Source: Phoronis australis
Taxonomy: Eukaryota; Animalia; Phoronida
DNA length: 64,000 nt
Reading direction: 5' to 3'
Assembly: GCA_002633005.1 (NCBI GenBank)
Contig: NMRA01000089.1
Coordinates: forward strand, 604,714 to 668,713
Each line of letters opens with the position of its first letter. Positions within the stretch are counted from its first letter, which is position 1. The translations under genes and the position numbers were made by a program. Under the pieces are notes generated by a model that did not search any database, was not told the origin of the DNA, and saw only the letters and a list, made by a program, of their open reading frames with translations. This document shows, in pieces, positions 11,653 through 23,555 of this stretch.

Positions 11653-14131
11653 AAGTAATTTTCCCCTCTAATGCAAGTTTGGTATGGATGTGCCGAAACC
11701 TGGCCTTAGCATTATGCTCACTGCAAAACATCAGGGCACACTCGAAGCGTCTGGTAAACATCAGCAACGGGTGCGGAGCCATAATTACGGTCGCATCATA
11801 GACAATACTTAGACATCTGTGTGACCAACTTGTGAAGTTACTGAACTTGCTAATGTGATGTGGTGAGCATATGACTGTCATCTGATTAAGCTGGAGTACT
11901 TACGGCCATTGCTAGAAACTCAATCTAATTTTGATTAGACGATTACCTTCTTTGTGTTTATTTAATTTTTCGATGTTACTAATAGCTGGCCAAGGCTACG
12001 CATCCAGTAGATATTATTTATTTATGAAGTATTTATTCCTCTTTTAACCAACATACGGAGGAGTGTACTGCAACACTAATTGCAGTGACATCTGTGGCCT
12101 TTTCGTGGAATTCACTCAGTAATTTGTACGGAATTTAAACTCCATAAAATGTCTTTCAATGAATTGAAGTACAGGTAAAAACTCTTTGCGTAATCATTTT
12201 ATGTGTTGAATCACTACAAACCTGCTGTACTGCTGTCTATTCTTACACAAAAACGGGTTCTTTTCTAGCTCATAAAGTGGACGTTTTTGGAGGGAATTTT
12301 AATTCATAAGGGATACATTTTTCGATTTATGATTAAGACAAGGCAATAGACAATCAGACCTTGCCATGAAAAAAACACATTTGAGCGATACGTCACGTGC
12401 GTACCTCTTACGTGAGTACCCTTTGGTCGACATCCTAAATAATGACAATTCACTCCATCTCGCATCGTATATACCACAACGCACAGCCGTTTACAACTTC
12501 CATTCCGTCAGCACTGCGAGGAAACTGGCGCGATCGTATCAACGACGACGAGTTTTCCAGTTTGAGAAAGTTCGCAAAATTGCATTGGAGAAGTTTTTTT
12601 AAGATAACCTGCAAAATGTCAAACTTTTAAAGTTTAGGCTCTCGCAGTTCCGATGGAGATATCACCGCATTACCAAAAATAGTGTAAAAAAATCCAAAAG
12701 TATCTGTGGGACCACTTCCAAAACTGTTTGTATTCGAACGGCGAAATGAAGGTAAGGCCTATGTTGCGGAAAGTGGTAAGACCAGGGTTTACAAAGAACT
12801 GCTTTTACTGACATTGCCTATCAATTTCAAAATATCAATTTTGTGTGAATGACTCCCATGGTTTACAACTCTCGGTTAAATTCTAAGCCACTATGGGGAA
12901 CAGTTACCCCATCTCCAAGCCTAAAATGGCCGATAGTCGTAAAAGCGCGACCATGTGCGATAGCCTAGGCTCTGCTCGTTCACTTGGCAAATTATACAAA
13001 AATGAGGCATTCCTCCACCACAGTTCAAACTGTAAAATGGAACGCAGTGATTACAATTTCGGAAAACTTAAGTTAAATCCGGAAGAGACCTACTCTTTTC
13101 TGGATTTCGCTCAATTGAGTACTACAAACGGACCATATTCCCAGTGTCTAGGTCAAACTTGTCGTTTGTTGCACGGGATGAATGAATGTATTTTAATGAA
13201 GCAAACTCAGACTACGTGTGTCCTATTCTCATTGTGTCCATGTGTGTCCATATCCATGTCCATGAACATCTCCGTGGTGTCATTTAGACTCAGTACGCGC
13301 TAAAGAAAAGTGTCTTTCGCCTGGTGAAATGTCTTGCGGAAGTTTTTTTGACAGGATGTTTTTCTGTCGTTCGAGTCGGAAAATTTGAACAGCGCAGGGA
13401 ATTCGCTCTTAGATTTGTCTAGTTTGCATCTTCAACGACTTTGATGGCATTTGAATCGCAGATGAGTTCTATAATTTTGGCGGCTATTATTTCAGTGTGT
13501 ATTTTCTCCTATTTCAAATTGCGTTCTCAGCTACTCGAATATACGTGTCGGTCAGAGAGTGTCGATTTTTAAAACTTTTGCATCTGCAATTAGTCTTACG
13601 GTTTCATCAAATACCTCAGGCATTGCATCAATTACTCAAATATCTTGCCGGTCCTAAGGTCCGCCGGAGATAAAAAAATAAGGCGAACGGAAACACTACA
13701 TAAATTTAACTCAGAGAAACCACCAAATAGAAGAACAAACACACAATGCTAACGCTATCCGAAGATTGAGACTAATGAATGGTGAGAAAATGAACACGCA
13801 TTTCACTACAGTCCCATCATCTACAAACTTTAGTTGTAACACAGAATGCAAAATATTACCGTATCAAAACTGTATGACATGCGTCAAGGACTAAGACATT
13901 CAGCTTCAGAAATTGTTGTTCACTGCGCCACCTACATGTACCGAGAGGCAAACAATACGACATGTTTAATAACAACTGTCATCACTTAATTAAAAGCTAA
14001 TTTGATCAGTTTGTAACACTAACAGTTTGCCTGGGTCATTAATCAAACCGTTAATTATTTTCGAAGCAGATATCATTACCTCTGTAATCTATAAGATCAA
14101 CGATACATTTTGTTATTGAATCTACCTTTAA

Positions 14132-14478
14132 AAGGATACCAAACCCAGTTTTGGCTTATTAACAGAAATTAAAACGACTTTCCAATCCAATTTTCTGAAA
14201 CAAAATAATGTTCTATAATCCTCAATATTCAGCAAAAGTTTGAAGGAAAAAACATTCGATGTCTGCTAAAGGGGCAAGCGTGACTTACGCTTTTAGCGAA
14301 TTGCAAGTCAATTGTGGGTGGGAAACCCACCAAGAACCCTAATATCCAATCTGTGAGGTAGGGAGTATGACTTTTAAGCTGCTACCTTCAGTATCTTTCA
14401 AGGTGGACGCTAATGATGCATTAGCAAGTGACAGAACGGGGATTCGTTGAAATCACCAAAACAAGGTTTGGTATCGTA
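14132..14478. mobile_element. Kolobok-like MITE
   Basis: TTAA on both flanks; imperfect TIR GATACCAAACC..GTTTTGG / CCAAAAC..GGTTTGGTATC. Confidence 0.5.
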
Positions 14479-15970
14479 TTAAAGCGGCACACCCTCCGTA
14501 GCAATTGACTAAAACAGGGAAATCATGAAATAGGCTAACTAACTCTAACACGAGATTCTCAGAAATAGGTTTCTGACATCAAAGTGAATCGAGAAACTAA
14601 TTCTGATTAATATTAAAAGACCCAGTACTGAAACAGTTGGCCATGCAAACCTGACAAATTTGACATTTCGATAGCTTTTTAAGCTGTTAATGTCCAGAAT
14701 GCTTTGTTTGGTGGTGAAAAGTATTTACTTTTATGGTTTAGCGATGTTTGAGACATTATGTACCTGTGGTTGGATGACTTGGTTTAGAACTGGCGTAATT
14801 TGCGTGGCGAATAAGGAGGAAATGTTCCTATTCACAAATAAAACACAGTCTATAGGCCTAATCGTCTGTGAGAACAATCTGCGCCACCACCATACGGCAG
14901 TATAACACCAAATGCCAATTTTGTATTCTCGTTGGTCACATCCCGTTGGTTATCCCATTCGATCGTCAGCCCTTGAGCCCCACTGATGATATATCTGATT
15001 TTCCCCATTAATTTACATCAATGTGACGAAGTATTTGTCTAATGGAAAAAAAGTCAAGTGTGGTTGTCAAAACATGGACAAGGTTTCTGCTGATGTTCCT
15101 GGAGTTTTATAAGCTTAATTGTTGAAGAATGTTCTTGAAATTGACGATTAATCGAGCAAATCGATTGTTGGTAAAGAGTTTCCTAACTACAGATGGGAAA
15201 CTGTCAGAGAATTATCTGGAGGTTAGCAAAATGTGGAATGGTGTACCATAGGACGGACTAAGGGTTCACGGAAACGTGATTTGTAACATTCAATAAACAC
15301 ACTAGAGACGACATCACCATTGCTGACCTTTTTCTTTCAAGCTAATGATAAAGACACGTAACATTGTCACATATCTACGACCACGGTTCAGGCGTTTGTA
15401 GCTCCCGTACAAGTGGGTCGGTTTTGACGGCAGTTTTGTGGACTAAGTGGGAAGTGATTGTCACAAATGGTATTCAGTAGTTCCTCGAAATTGTTTTGAG
15501 TAAATTGAGTCCGGGGAATTTGGCCTCTACTTTTGTCTCCTCGGATACGATGAGCGGCCATTTTATGAGCACATCCGTGTTGAGTCTTGAATTTTTGGCG
15601 TGAATCCATGTACCCTTCAGACAAGTGGAAATTGTCAAAAATCTGGTGGGTAATGTTATATTTTAATATGAATTTCTGTAATGTTGAGTGAAAGAGCATT
15701 CGGATTATGTTCTCCTTTCTTTAGATAAAAAAGGCCAAAATTGCACTTTTTGTCATTTTTTGTATCTTGAAATTTTCCGGTGGACGTAGCAGGGGAAATT
15801 GAAATGGATTAGTTGAATATTACCATCTTTGAGAAAGCCCATTGAGAGTACGTTCTGTCACTTATGCCTTTTTCAGGTGCCTTGAGACAAGATGCAAACA
15901 AGGGCGTTTATTGACCCAGACTAGTGATAACGTCAAAATCAATCACTCGAACTGTAGTCTTAGTCCTTAG

Positions 15971-16297
15971 CAGTTGCGGATCCAGGATTTTGAGTTGGGG
16001 GGCCAGGGCAGAATATAAACCAGGATTTTGCCCCTCAGACATTCGCACCCGCTAAGTGCCAAATGAAATTGTAGAAAATTTCCGTGTCTCCGGTGGGACC
16101 TGAACCCAGGTTGCAGGAGCGACGGTCAATCATCCGAACCATTTGGCCAAGAGGCAATTGCTACTTGGCAAGCGGCTTAGATAGACTTTATTTGACAGTA
16201 CGTGTCGTCGCAACCGGAAGTCACTCTTCACAACAAAATATGGGCGATTTTTGGGGGGAATGGCCCCCTTGTCCCCCCCCCCTTAAATCCCCCACTG
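15971..16297. mobile_element. hAT-type MITE (CAGTGGCGGAT-like termini), 5-bp TSD CTTAG, carrying a nested insert
   Basis: Termini CAGTTGCGGATCC / AAATCCCCCACTG; CTTAG on both sides; similar to copies at 47625, 56777 and 57746. Confidence 0.8.
16070..16235 (-). mobile_element. 166-bp solo-LTR-like element containing a tRNA-like sequence
   Basis: TG...CA ends, AAAT duplicated on both flanks, minus-strand AATAAA, then A-box-like TGGCCAAATGG and B-box-like GGTTCAGGTCC at 16155-16086; absent from sister MITE copies. Confidence 0.7.
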
Positions 16298-16728
16298 CTT
16301 AGGAGTGCAACAAGTATAATGTAAGCATTCATTGACGACTTGTGAACAGGTAGAAATTATTGTAGGATTTATTGTAGGATTTTCAAATTACACGGAACAC
16401 ATTTCGTAATGGAATTGCTTACGTCATCATATATATCATTTGGTACAATTCATACTCCTGAAACTCCGAATAGTCCTGTTGATCTCTAAACACTCACTTG
16501 ATTAGCTATATACATGTTGCGTAATATACTTTCAAGTCCTACAGTATAACTAAACACGACTCGCAAGGTTCTGCGTGTTTTATTTGTCACATAATTGAGT
16601 TCTTCACAAAAATGCTCTGTTCGGTACAAACTGAACGAGTTTGTTTTTTCTGTCTGTTTTGTGACGTCAAACAATATGACGCGATGGAGACTCTAAAGGG
16701 GAAACGGGAATTGATGAGGTTCACATAA

Positions 16729-16928
16729 CTAATAATCCGGTGACAGTCCTGTATCGATAAGTTTTCCAAATATGTCTTGCATGTCGCCCCACGCCGAACT
16801 TTTCATTCCCATTTTCAACAACGGCCGTTTGTCGCCTGTCTCAACAGCCATCAGGGCCTCCACCAGCTGGTCGGTTTCGTGAAGTTTCAATCCAACTCGA
16901 CGTCGGAAGTCGTCGATGGATTTGCTTA
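16729..16928 (-). CDS. Prohormone-4-like precursor, last coding exon
   Basis: tttttccAG acceptor; (V)SKSIDDFRRRVGLKLHETDQLVEALMAVETGDKRPLLKMGMKSSAWGDMQDIFGKLIDTGLSPDY* resembles the prohormone-4 C-terminus (MAVENGD...LGIK...GDV..FLEKLVNTGF); frame is continuous with exons 1-3 (585 nt total). Confidence 0.9.
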
Positions 16929-17014
16929 CTGGAAAAAAAGCATGACGCATACATGTCAACCATTTCTAGCTCCAACCATGACACTTTTTAAAGAGGGTGA
17001 GCGAAACGACTGAG

Positions 17015-17330
17015 GTAACTATAGGCCTCTCTCAGTGTTACCAACAGTCATGGAGTTTTTAGAGGAGATCGTTCACTCTGAGGTTTATGAGCATCTTTCG
17101 AAAAATGATGTTATTTCAGTCTGGTTTTAGGCCTGAGCATTCCACAGGCACAGCTTCGATTGTACAGATTACTTGGTGTCCAGCTTGGACGGGGGACACC
17201 TTACTAGAACTGGGATTAAGTTAGACCTCAGTGAAAATACCTTTTACATGGCCGCCACCATTGGTGTCTTCTGAACAAGCTCGCTATGGTATGGTGGAGA
17301 GAGAGTGGTTCAAACTAGCGATTATTAAGG
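17015..17330 (+). mobile_element. L2/CR1-type LINE RT fragment in prohormone intron 3
   Basis: NYRPLSVLPTV..FLEEIVH, SGFRPEHST, LDLS remnants. Confidence 0.65.
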
Positions 17331-17500
17331 TAGAGGTTGCAGCAATTATCGTCGTAGTTCACACAAATGTTCAAACTTTTTCTGGTGCTGTGAATGTACA
17401 AATCATCGTCGTCAACTTGTGACCAAAACAAAATATTCGAATGCCGTGAACTGACCGGAAATGTAGAACAATACACGTTACAGAGACATATGGACCTTAC

Positions 17501-17614
17501 CTACTAGAGCGGACGCTACTTCGTCCACAGGCTTGTCGGCGAAAAGTTCGCTCATAATCCAGTTTTTCTGTCCATCTAGAAAATTTTCAAGCGTCTGCAA
17601 TGGTGGTCGACGGA
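17501..17614 (-). CDS. Prohormone-4-like precursor, coding exon 3
   Basis: tttccAG acceptor and GTAAG donor, 114 nt, phase 1-1; (F)RRPPLQTLENFLDGQKNWIMSELFADKPVDEVASALV matches the RPP...FL...LF...VA.AL segment of prohormone-4; not in the ORF track. Confidence 0.88.
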
Positions 17615-18439
17615 CTGGAAAAGGGAAATATTTTAGACTCATTTATGTGGTTTCGTGTAATTAGAATGCGAAGTTGGTTTCATTTCATCTGTGCAAGTCA
17701 GACACATTGAATTTCCATTGCGATAATTTCGCGATAAAAAACACTGTCCCAAGTGAACGGTGCCCAATGTCAAAGTCACAACTATCGATTCACATTGCTC
17801 ATCAGTCACTTCGTAGACTCATTGAAACCTATGTCGCTTTCAGCGGTATGACGTCACCAAGAAGGAAGAGGTTTTCTAAAATTGATGTACAATTACTGAC
17901 AGCCATGTTACGTAGTGACTCTCTTGAGATTTTAATCACATGATGGTTTTTCAAATGTCTTTTATAATTGACTGTCCGTTAATCGTGTTACTAGCCAATT
18001 CGATCCTAATTTGCCATGGAGAGTATAGCACTCTACTCATTTAATGCAGTTAAATGCACTGCAGATGATGAGATCAAACATATGTATTTGGGAACTGTGT
18101 TGGTAACGGGCACATTAATCGTAGCTACGTAAGACTGTGTAAAGTACATTGTCGTTAGATAGTACTTTGGCACAAGGAACTTATCCGATCAATCATCGAA
18201 CCAGAGTCGTTGTATAACGTTCGTGGTGACAACTGTGGGTTATTGTACCGACCTGCAAGCTGATTTAAACGAGGGCGAAGCCCGCGTGTTTAGGTCAGCT
18301 TGCATGTCGCGAATGGAACGGACTTAAAAGAAACTTGGAACGAGTAAAATAGACTAAATTATACTATTCAAAATGATTCTGTGGCACTAAAACAGAAGTA
18401 AAAAATGTTTACCAAGTATTGCGGTTTGTTTGCAAAGAT

Positions 18440-19080
18440 ATTTTAACAGGGGAATGTCAATGACCCTAATAATTATTGAGGAATTTCCCATCTGTCAGTG
18501 ATCGGAAAACTTTTTCTAAAATTTTGAATGTGGGCCTTTCTGATTGGGCTACGGAGAAAAATGAATTGTATGAATGCCAAGCAGGGTTCCAAAAGGGAAT
18601 TTATAGCACTGTCGACCAAATTTTTACATTGTCAACTATGGTTCAAAAGTACATAAGCAAAAAAGGACATCTTTTCTACTGTATATTCATTGATTTTTTG
18701 AAGCATTTGACAAGAACCCCCCATCAGTTGCTGTGGCTCAGAATACTAAACGTTCATGGTTCCCAACTTCACAATCAATGTACACCAAACTTCGAATGTG
18801 TGTGAGATCGCAGGGTGATACAATTAAAGTTTTGATTGCAACATTGGCACTAGACAAGGTTGTATGTTAAGTACTGTTTTGTTTACATTGTACTTGAATG
18901 AATTTGTAGAAGGTATCCATTCTAGTAATGGCGATGGTATTTTTCTTAGTCAAAACGTCTCTGAAGTGAAGGTATTGTCGGTTATATGACGACGACTGGC
19001 CTTGTGTGCTTACTCTGCAGTTAAACTGCAAAAACTGCTGTGTGCTTTAAATAAGTTCTGTCAGGAATGGGACATGTCCG
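18440..19080 (+). mobile_element. Non-LTR retrotransposon RT relic (RTE/RTEX-like) in prohormone intron 2
   Basis: DPNNY, QAGFQKG.YSTVDQIFTL, YCIFIDF, GTRQGCMLS.VLF.LYLNE, DDLAL...LQKLL. Confidence 0.8.
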
Positions 19081-19380
19081 TACTCCTAAGTATGTTACAT
19101 GTTGTTCTTTTGTACAGTGGGCCTATGGCTTTTATTACAGAAATAAATTTAAAAAAAAACAAAATTTCTTTTGATGTCAAAGCATTTTCCTTTAGTTTCA
19201 AATTTCAAAAAAAATATGTGACAACTGCTTGTCACTTCGTCAATTTTTACCACAAGGCAAACCATGTCTCTTTATTTGGTATGGCAAGACATAGACGGAG
19301 CACATTTCCTCTGTATGGAAAACGTGACATTTGACCTTTGTTGTAAACAAAACAATGTCGATTTCAAGCCGCAGCTAGTC

Positions 19381-19781
19381 CAGCCTCGTCCTCAAGACTC
19401 AAGATGGCGCTGATCGGTTTAGCCATTTGAGGCTTGGTTATGGGAAATGAAATCGCCGGAATATCACGAGTAGTATAATTGTGAAATTTTCTGAAGTTTC
19501 ATATAAAAATGAAAGCTAACGGTATAGTTAGTTTAATTTAGGTCTAAATTATTGCAAAAACGATATATTTTGATTCGAAAACGGAATACTATCTAATACT
19601 AATAATAATGCCTTCTGATTCATGAATGGCAGCAACAACGCCTGTAAAAGTAATTAAATTCTGCCTTTGTTTTAATGATGTCAAGGCAGCTGCCAATCAT
19701 TCCGCAGGCGGTACATTCCCATAACCAAGCCTCCGATGGCTAAACCGATCAGCGCTATCTTGAGGCTTGGAGACGAAGCTG
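19381..19781. mobile_element. Non-autonomous TIR element, AcademH-like
   Basis: ~65-bp TIRs beginning CAGCCTCG; flanks CAGCTAGTC / CAACCAGTC (7 of 9 identical) suggest a 9-bp TSD. Confidence 0.7.
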
Positions 19782-20699
19782 CAACCAGTCCGACTTCTTT
19801 GAGCGCATGCGCGCAGACATATCTTCAGAAGCAGAAAATTTGAAACTGTAGTAGATGAAAGAGTTAATAACTATTTCGCCTGTGTTTCAAAAATAGTAAA
19901 TCTGACAATTTTTCTAGAAATTCTTACGATATTCAAAGTGAACAACTCTCACGTTAGAATCCCTAAGAACACTGGCCACAATCTGTTTAAAGGGTATTTT
20001 TACGAGTTCTATGCCTCTTGTACCCATAAGGGACGGTCGCACGTGACATGAACTTTGCAGGTGGGGCGGTTGATCACGAGCGCCACGTAGACATGTAGTA
20101 AGGTAAAAGATGACAGAAGAGCACAGGGAATTTAATTTCATCAAACTCTGGCGCTGCGCAGATGCCAGCGTTTTCGTCCCGTTCCGGCCACCATCGTCAC
20201 GAATCTTCAAATTGTCCTTCCTGGTCTCCACCACTTTCGCCCCGTCCTCGCACCCCCTCCCAGTCACCATATAGGCGCATCTGAACTTTGCTGTTTTTGG
20301 GGGTGGGGCAATGTCATGAAGTTGCCCGAATTTCACCAACTTATGTCGAAATGAATCAAAACAACAATTTCTTAAAGATCGAGTTATTTCGAATTGGAAA
20401 AAATCAATTAGTGGCCTTTTTTCTGGGGATGATTAATACAAATTCTCCCTCAGTTCTACTTATGATCAAGATTTACCGATTCCTTAATTTATTACAAGAT
20501 TTGTTTGCTCCGCACACCATGCGACAACAACGCATGTCGTGCGCCAAGTAGATACGACTGAAGCTGCATCGGTGAGGGAGCAAATCGCCAACGTGCTACA
20601 CTTGTGATACCCCAGGATCGTCAGTGTTCAGCACTTGGCCGACAGGGTCGCTACCGTACCAGAGCAATTCGGCTTATGTCAACGATTTCAGTTGAGTAT

Positions 20700-20960
20700 T
20701 TGTCAGAGTTGAAAAGATTTAAAGGCATCGACTGCCTCCAAAGATGTCCCTCTATTCTCGAAAGGTACTTACAGCAGCGTAACTTCGAGTGTGAGACATT
20801 TGTTGAAAAACTTCCGGCATATCTTTGAGATGGTCAACGGCCTTTCTCTAAGCCCAGCTCAGAGACGATATTTTACACTTATAGATACTTAAACCCGCCT
20901 TTGTCATGGAAACTAAATTTTTATCCAGGCCACTTGCCATTATGAACCAGTCCTTTGATA
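20700..20960 (-). mobile_element. Possible Crypton (DUF3504 tyrosine recombinase) remnant; duplicated at about 21950-22210
   Basis: DWF...KNLVSMTKAGLSIY...PEVFQQMSHTRSYAAV resembles WY...GKN.L..M...AGL..YTNHS...GHRS. Confidence 0.35.
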
Positions 20961-21164
20961 TTGCTTAAACCACACTCAGCGCTTAAATTGACAAGCCAAC
21001 ATATTGAGCCTGGTCTAGGGCAATAACGAACAGTATGTTTTCCCAAATCCACTTATACAGTTTGTGGGGACCAAGTTGAGAGCAGTTTTGTAACTGTGTA
21101 TGGTATAAATCAAAGTTTGTGACGTCAGGTGGGTTTGTGGCAACTTCAAAACAAGTAGACTTAC

Positions 21165-21302
21165 AAGCGCGGCACATCTCTGGATCTTCGTCGTACCCAT
21201 CATCACAATCTTTATGGTTGTCACACACAAACTTAAGATCAATACATTGATGGACGGTTTTGCATGGGAAAGGCTGTTCTTTGCCCTCGCATTTATTGTA
21301 TT
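21165..21302 (-). CDS. Second copy of the LDLa exon (probably an allelic duplicate from assembly)
   Basis: Same translation and splice sites as 22414-22551; lies in a duplication split by N at 21380. Confidence 0.5.
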
Positions 21303-22413
21303 CTACAAAAGACGTAATTAAAATTAGCGACACTGAGATTGGTTTGCAGTTTGGATAGAGTTATTTCTTGGTAATGAGANTTCATCAAACTCTGGCGCTG
21401 CGCAGATGCCAGCGTTTTCGTCCCGTTCCGGCCACCATCGTCACGAATCTCCAAATTGTCCTTCCTGGTCTCCACCACTTTCGCCCCGTCCTCGCACCTT
21501 CTCCCAGTCACCATATAGGCGCATCTGAACTTTGCTGTTTTTGGGGGGTGGGGCAATGTCATGAAGTTGCCCGAATTTCACCAACTTATGTCGAAATCGA
21601 TGAATCAAAACAACAATTTCTTAAAGATCGAGTTATTTCGAATTGGAAAAAATCAATTAGTGACCTTTTTCCTGGGGATGATTAATACAAATTCTCCCTC
21701 AGTTCTACTTATGATCAAGATTTACCAATTCCTTAATTTATTACAAGATTTGTTTGCTCCGCACACCATGCGACAACAACGCATGTCGTGCGCCAAGTAG
21801 ATACGACTGAAGCTGCATCGGTGAGGGAGCAAATCGCCAACGTGCTACACTTGTGATACCCCAGGATCGTCAGTGCTCAGCACTTGGCCGACAGGGTCGC
21901 TACCGTACCAGAGCAATTCGGCTTATGTCAACGATTTCTGTTGAGTATTTGTCAGAGTTGAAAAGATTTAAAGGCATCGACTGCCTCCAAAGATGTCCCT
22001 CTATTCTCGAAAGGTACTTACAGCAGCGTAACTTCGAGTGTGAGACATTTGTTGAAAAACTTCCGGCATATCTTTGGGATGGTCAACGGCCTTTCTCTAA
22101 GCCCAGCTCAGAGACGATATTTTACACTTATAGATACTTAAACCCGCCTTTGTCATGGAAACTAAATTTTTATCCAGGCCACTTGCCATTATGAACCAGT
22201 CCTTTGATATTGCTTAAACCACAATCAGCGCTTAAATTGACAAGCCAACATATTGAGCCTGGTCTAGGGCAATAACGAACAGTATGTTTTCCCAAATCCA
22301 CTTATACAGTTTGTGGGGACCAAGTTGAGAGCAGTTTTGTAACTGTGTATGGTATAAATCAAAGTTTGTGACGTCAGGTGGGTTTGTGGCAACTTCAAAA
22401 CAAGTAGACTTAC

Positions 22414-22551
22414 AAGCGCGGCACATCTCTGGATCTTCGTCGTACCCATCATCACAATCTTTATGGTTGTCACACACAAACTTAAGATCAATACATTGAT
22501 GGACGGTTTTGCATGGGAAAGGCTGTTCTTTGCCCTCGCATTTATTGTATT
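22414..22551 (-). CDS. Prohormone-4-like precursor, coding exon 2 (LDL-receptor class A domain)
   Basis: cttttgtAG acceptor and GTAAGT donor, 138 nt, phase 1-1; EYNKCEGKEQPFPCKTVHQCIDLKFVCDNHKDCDDGYDEDPEMCRA has six Cys and the DCxDGxDE motif. Confidence 0.9.
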
Positions 22552-22739
22552 CTACAAAAGACGTAATTAAAATTAGCGACACTGAGATTGGTTTGCAGTT
22601 TGGATAGAGTTATTTCTTGGTAATGAGAACGTTTTAACGATCTGTCAGACATAGAACCAGCAATACACACACAGCAATCTGATAAACAAACTTTTGAACG
22701 TTTTATAATTTTCGTGTCTTGTCAGTTTCGTTGGCCTAC

Positions 22740-22872
22740 CTCTTCCCCTTTTGTCGGTAAAAATGTGCTTCGCTCTTTCCCGCTTTGAGAGGTAATTGGT
22801 GAAATCACGCACTGAGGCAGCGTCTATACATAACACACAGGCGAAGAGCAAGATGACTTCTTTGTAAAGCAT
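22740..22872 (-). CDS. Prohormone-4/IDLSRF-like neuropeptide precursor, coding exon 1 (signal peptide and KR-flanked peptides)
   Basis: MLYKEVILLFACVLCIDAASVRDFTNYLSKRERAKHIFTDKRGR; phase-1 donor G|GTAGG at 22739; acceptor ttttttcAG 8 nt upstream of the ATG implies a further 5' UTR exon. Confidence 0.88.
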
Positions 22873-23434
22873 TTTGTTCTCTGAAAAAAATTAGCAGATC
22901 ATCAACACTTTATCACCACCATCATCACCGTCGTCGCCATCTCACCATCGCCATCACAATCGTTATATCATTTTGCAGCCCTCATCACCATAATCATTAA
23001 AAATTTTATGATTTTCATCAAAATCGCCAACGGCCAAGTAAAAGTTCCCATTATTTTCCACGCTATTTCGTCTGCTTTAGGTACGGTTATCAACTGTTTG
23101 TTTTTAGGCTTTTAGGCAAATCCAGAGTCTTTCAGGCTCCTTAAGAAGTAACTGAAGCAATGACGTTTTTAGATCCCCATACAAACTTTGAAGACATAAT
23201 AAAAGTGATATCGTATGTTGACATTCACCAGCATCGTATTTTGTAGAGGCTGCATCAAATAATAACGTTTGGACGGTTTACAAATGTATAAGCTATGGGT
23301 GTCAGTTAGAAGTTTGTACATGAAATTGTCAACATTTATTGTAAATTATCAACTGAACATTGAAAGCATTTTCTACGTTGAAAACAATTTACGCTTTTTC
23401 ATGGATTTTCATCGTTTTAATACTTGAAAAGTAA

Positions 23435-23555
23435 TTAAAACACTTTCTTACTAGTGCTTGAAAACACTTTCTTGAACTCTTTGAAAACACTTGCTTGAAA
23501 GTGTTTGAAAACACTTTCTCGAAAGTGTTTGAAAACACTTTCTTGAAAGTGTTGC
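23435..23555. repeat. Palindromic ~23-bp minisatellite (GAAAACACTTTCTTGAAAGTGTTT-like)
   Basis: About five degenerate units, each self-complementary. Confidence 0.7.

Larger units (their letters stand above)
20137..22628. repeat. Tandem near-identical ~1.25-kb duplication split by N (20137-21379 / 21381-22628)
   Basis: Direct comparison; only scattered SNPs and small indels. Confidence 0.9.

Noticed and set aside
12300-12870. Coding-like fragments weakly resembling a Polinton ATPase
   Set aside because: No Walker motifs; similarity too weak
16086-16155. Functional tRNA gene
   Set aside because: Imperfect acceptor and anticodon arms; embedded in a mobile element
23435-23555. Palindromic repeats resembling a CRISPR array
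   Set aside because: No unique spacers, eukaryotic context, no cas genes
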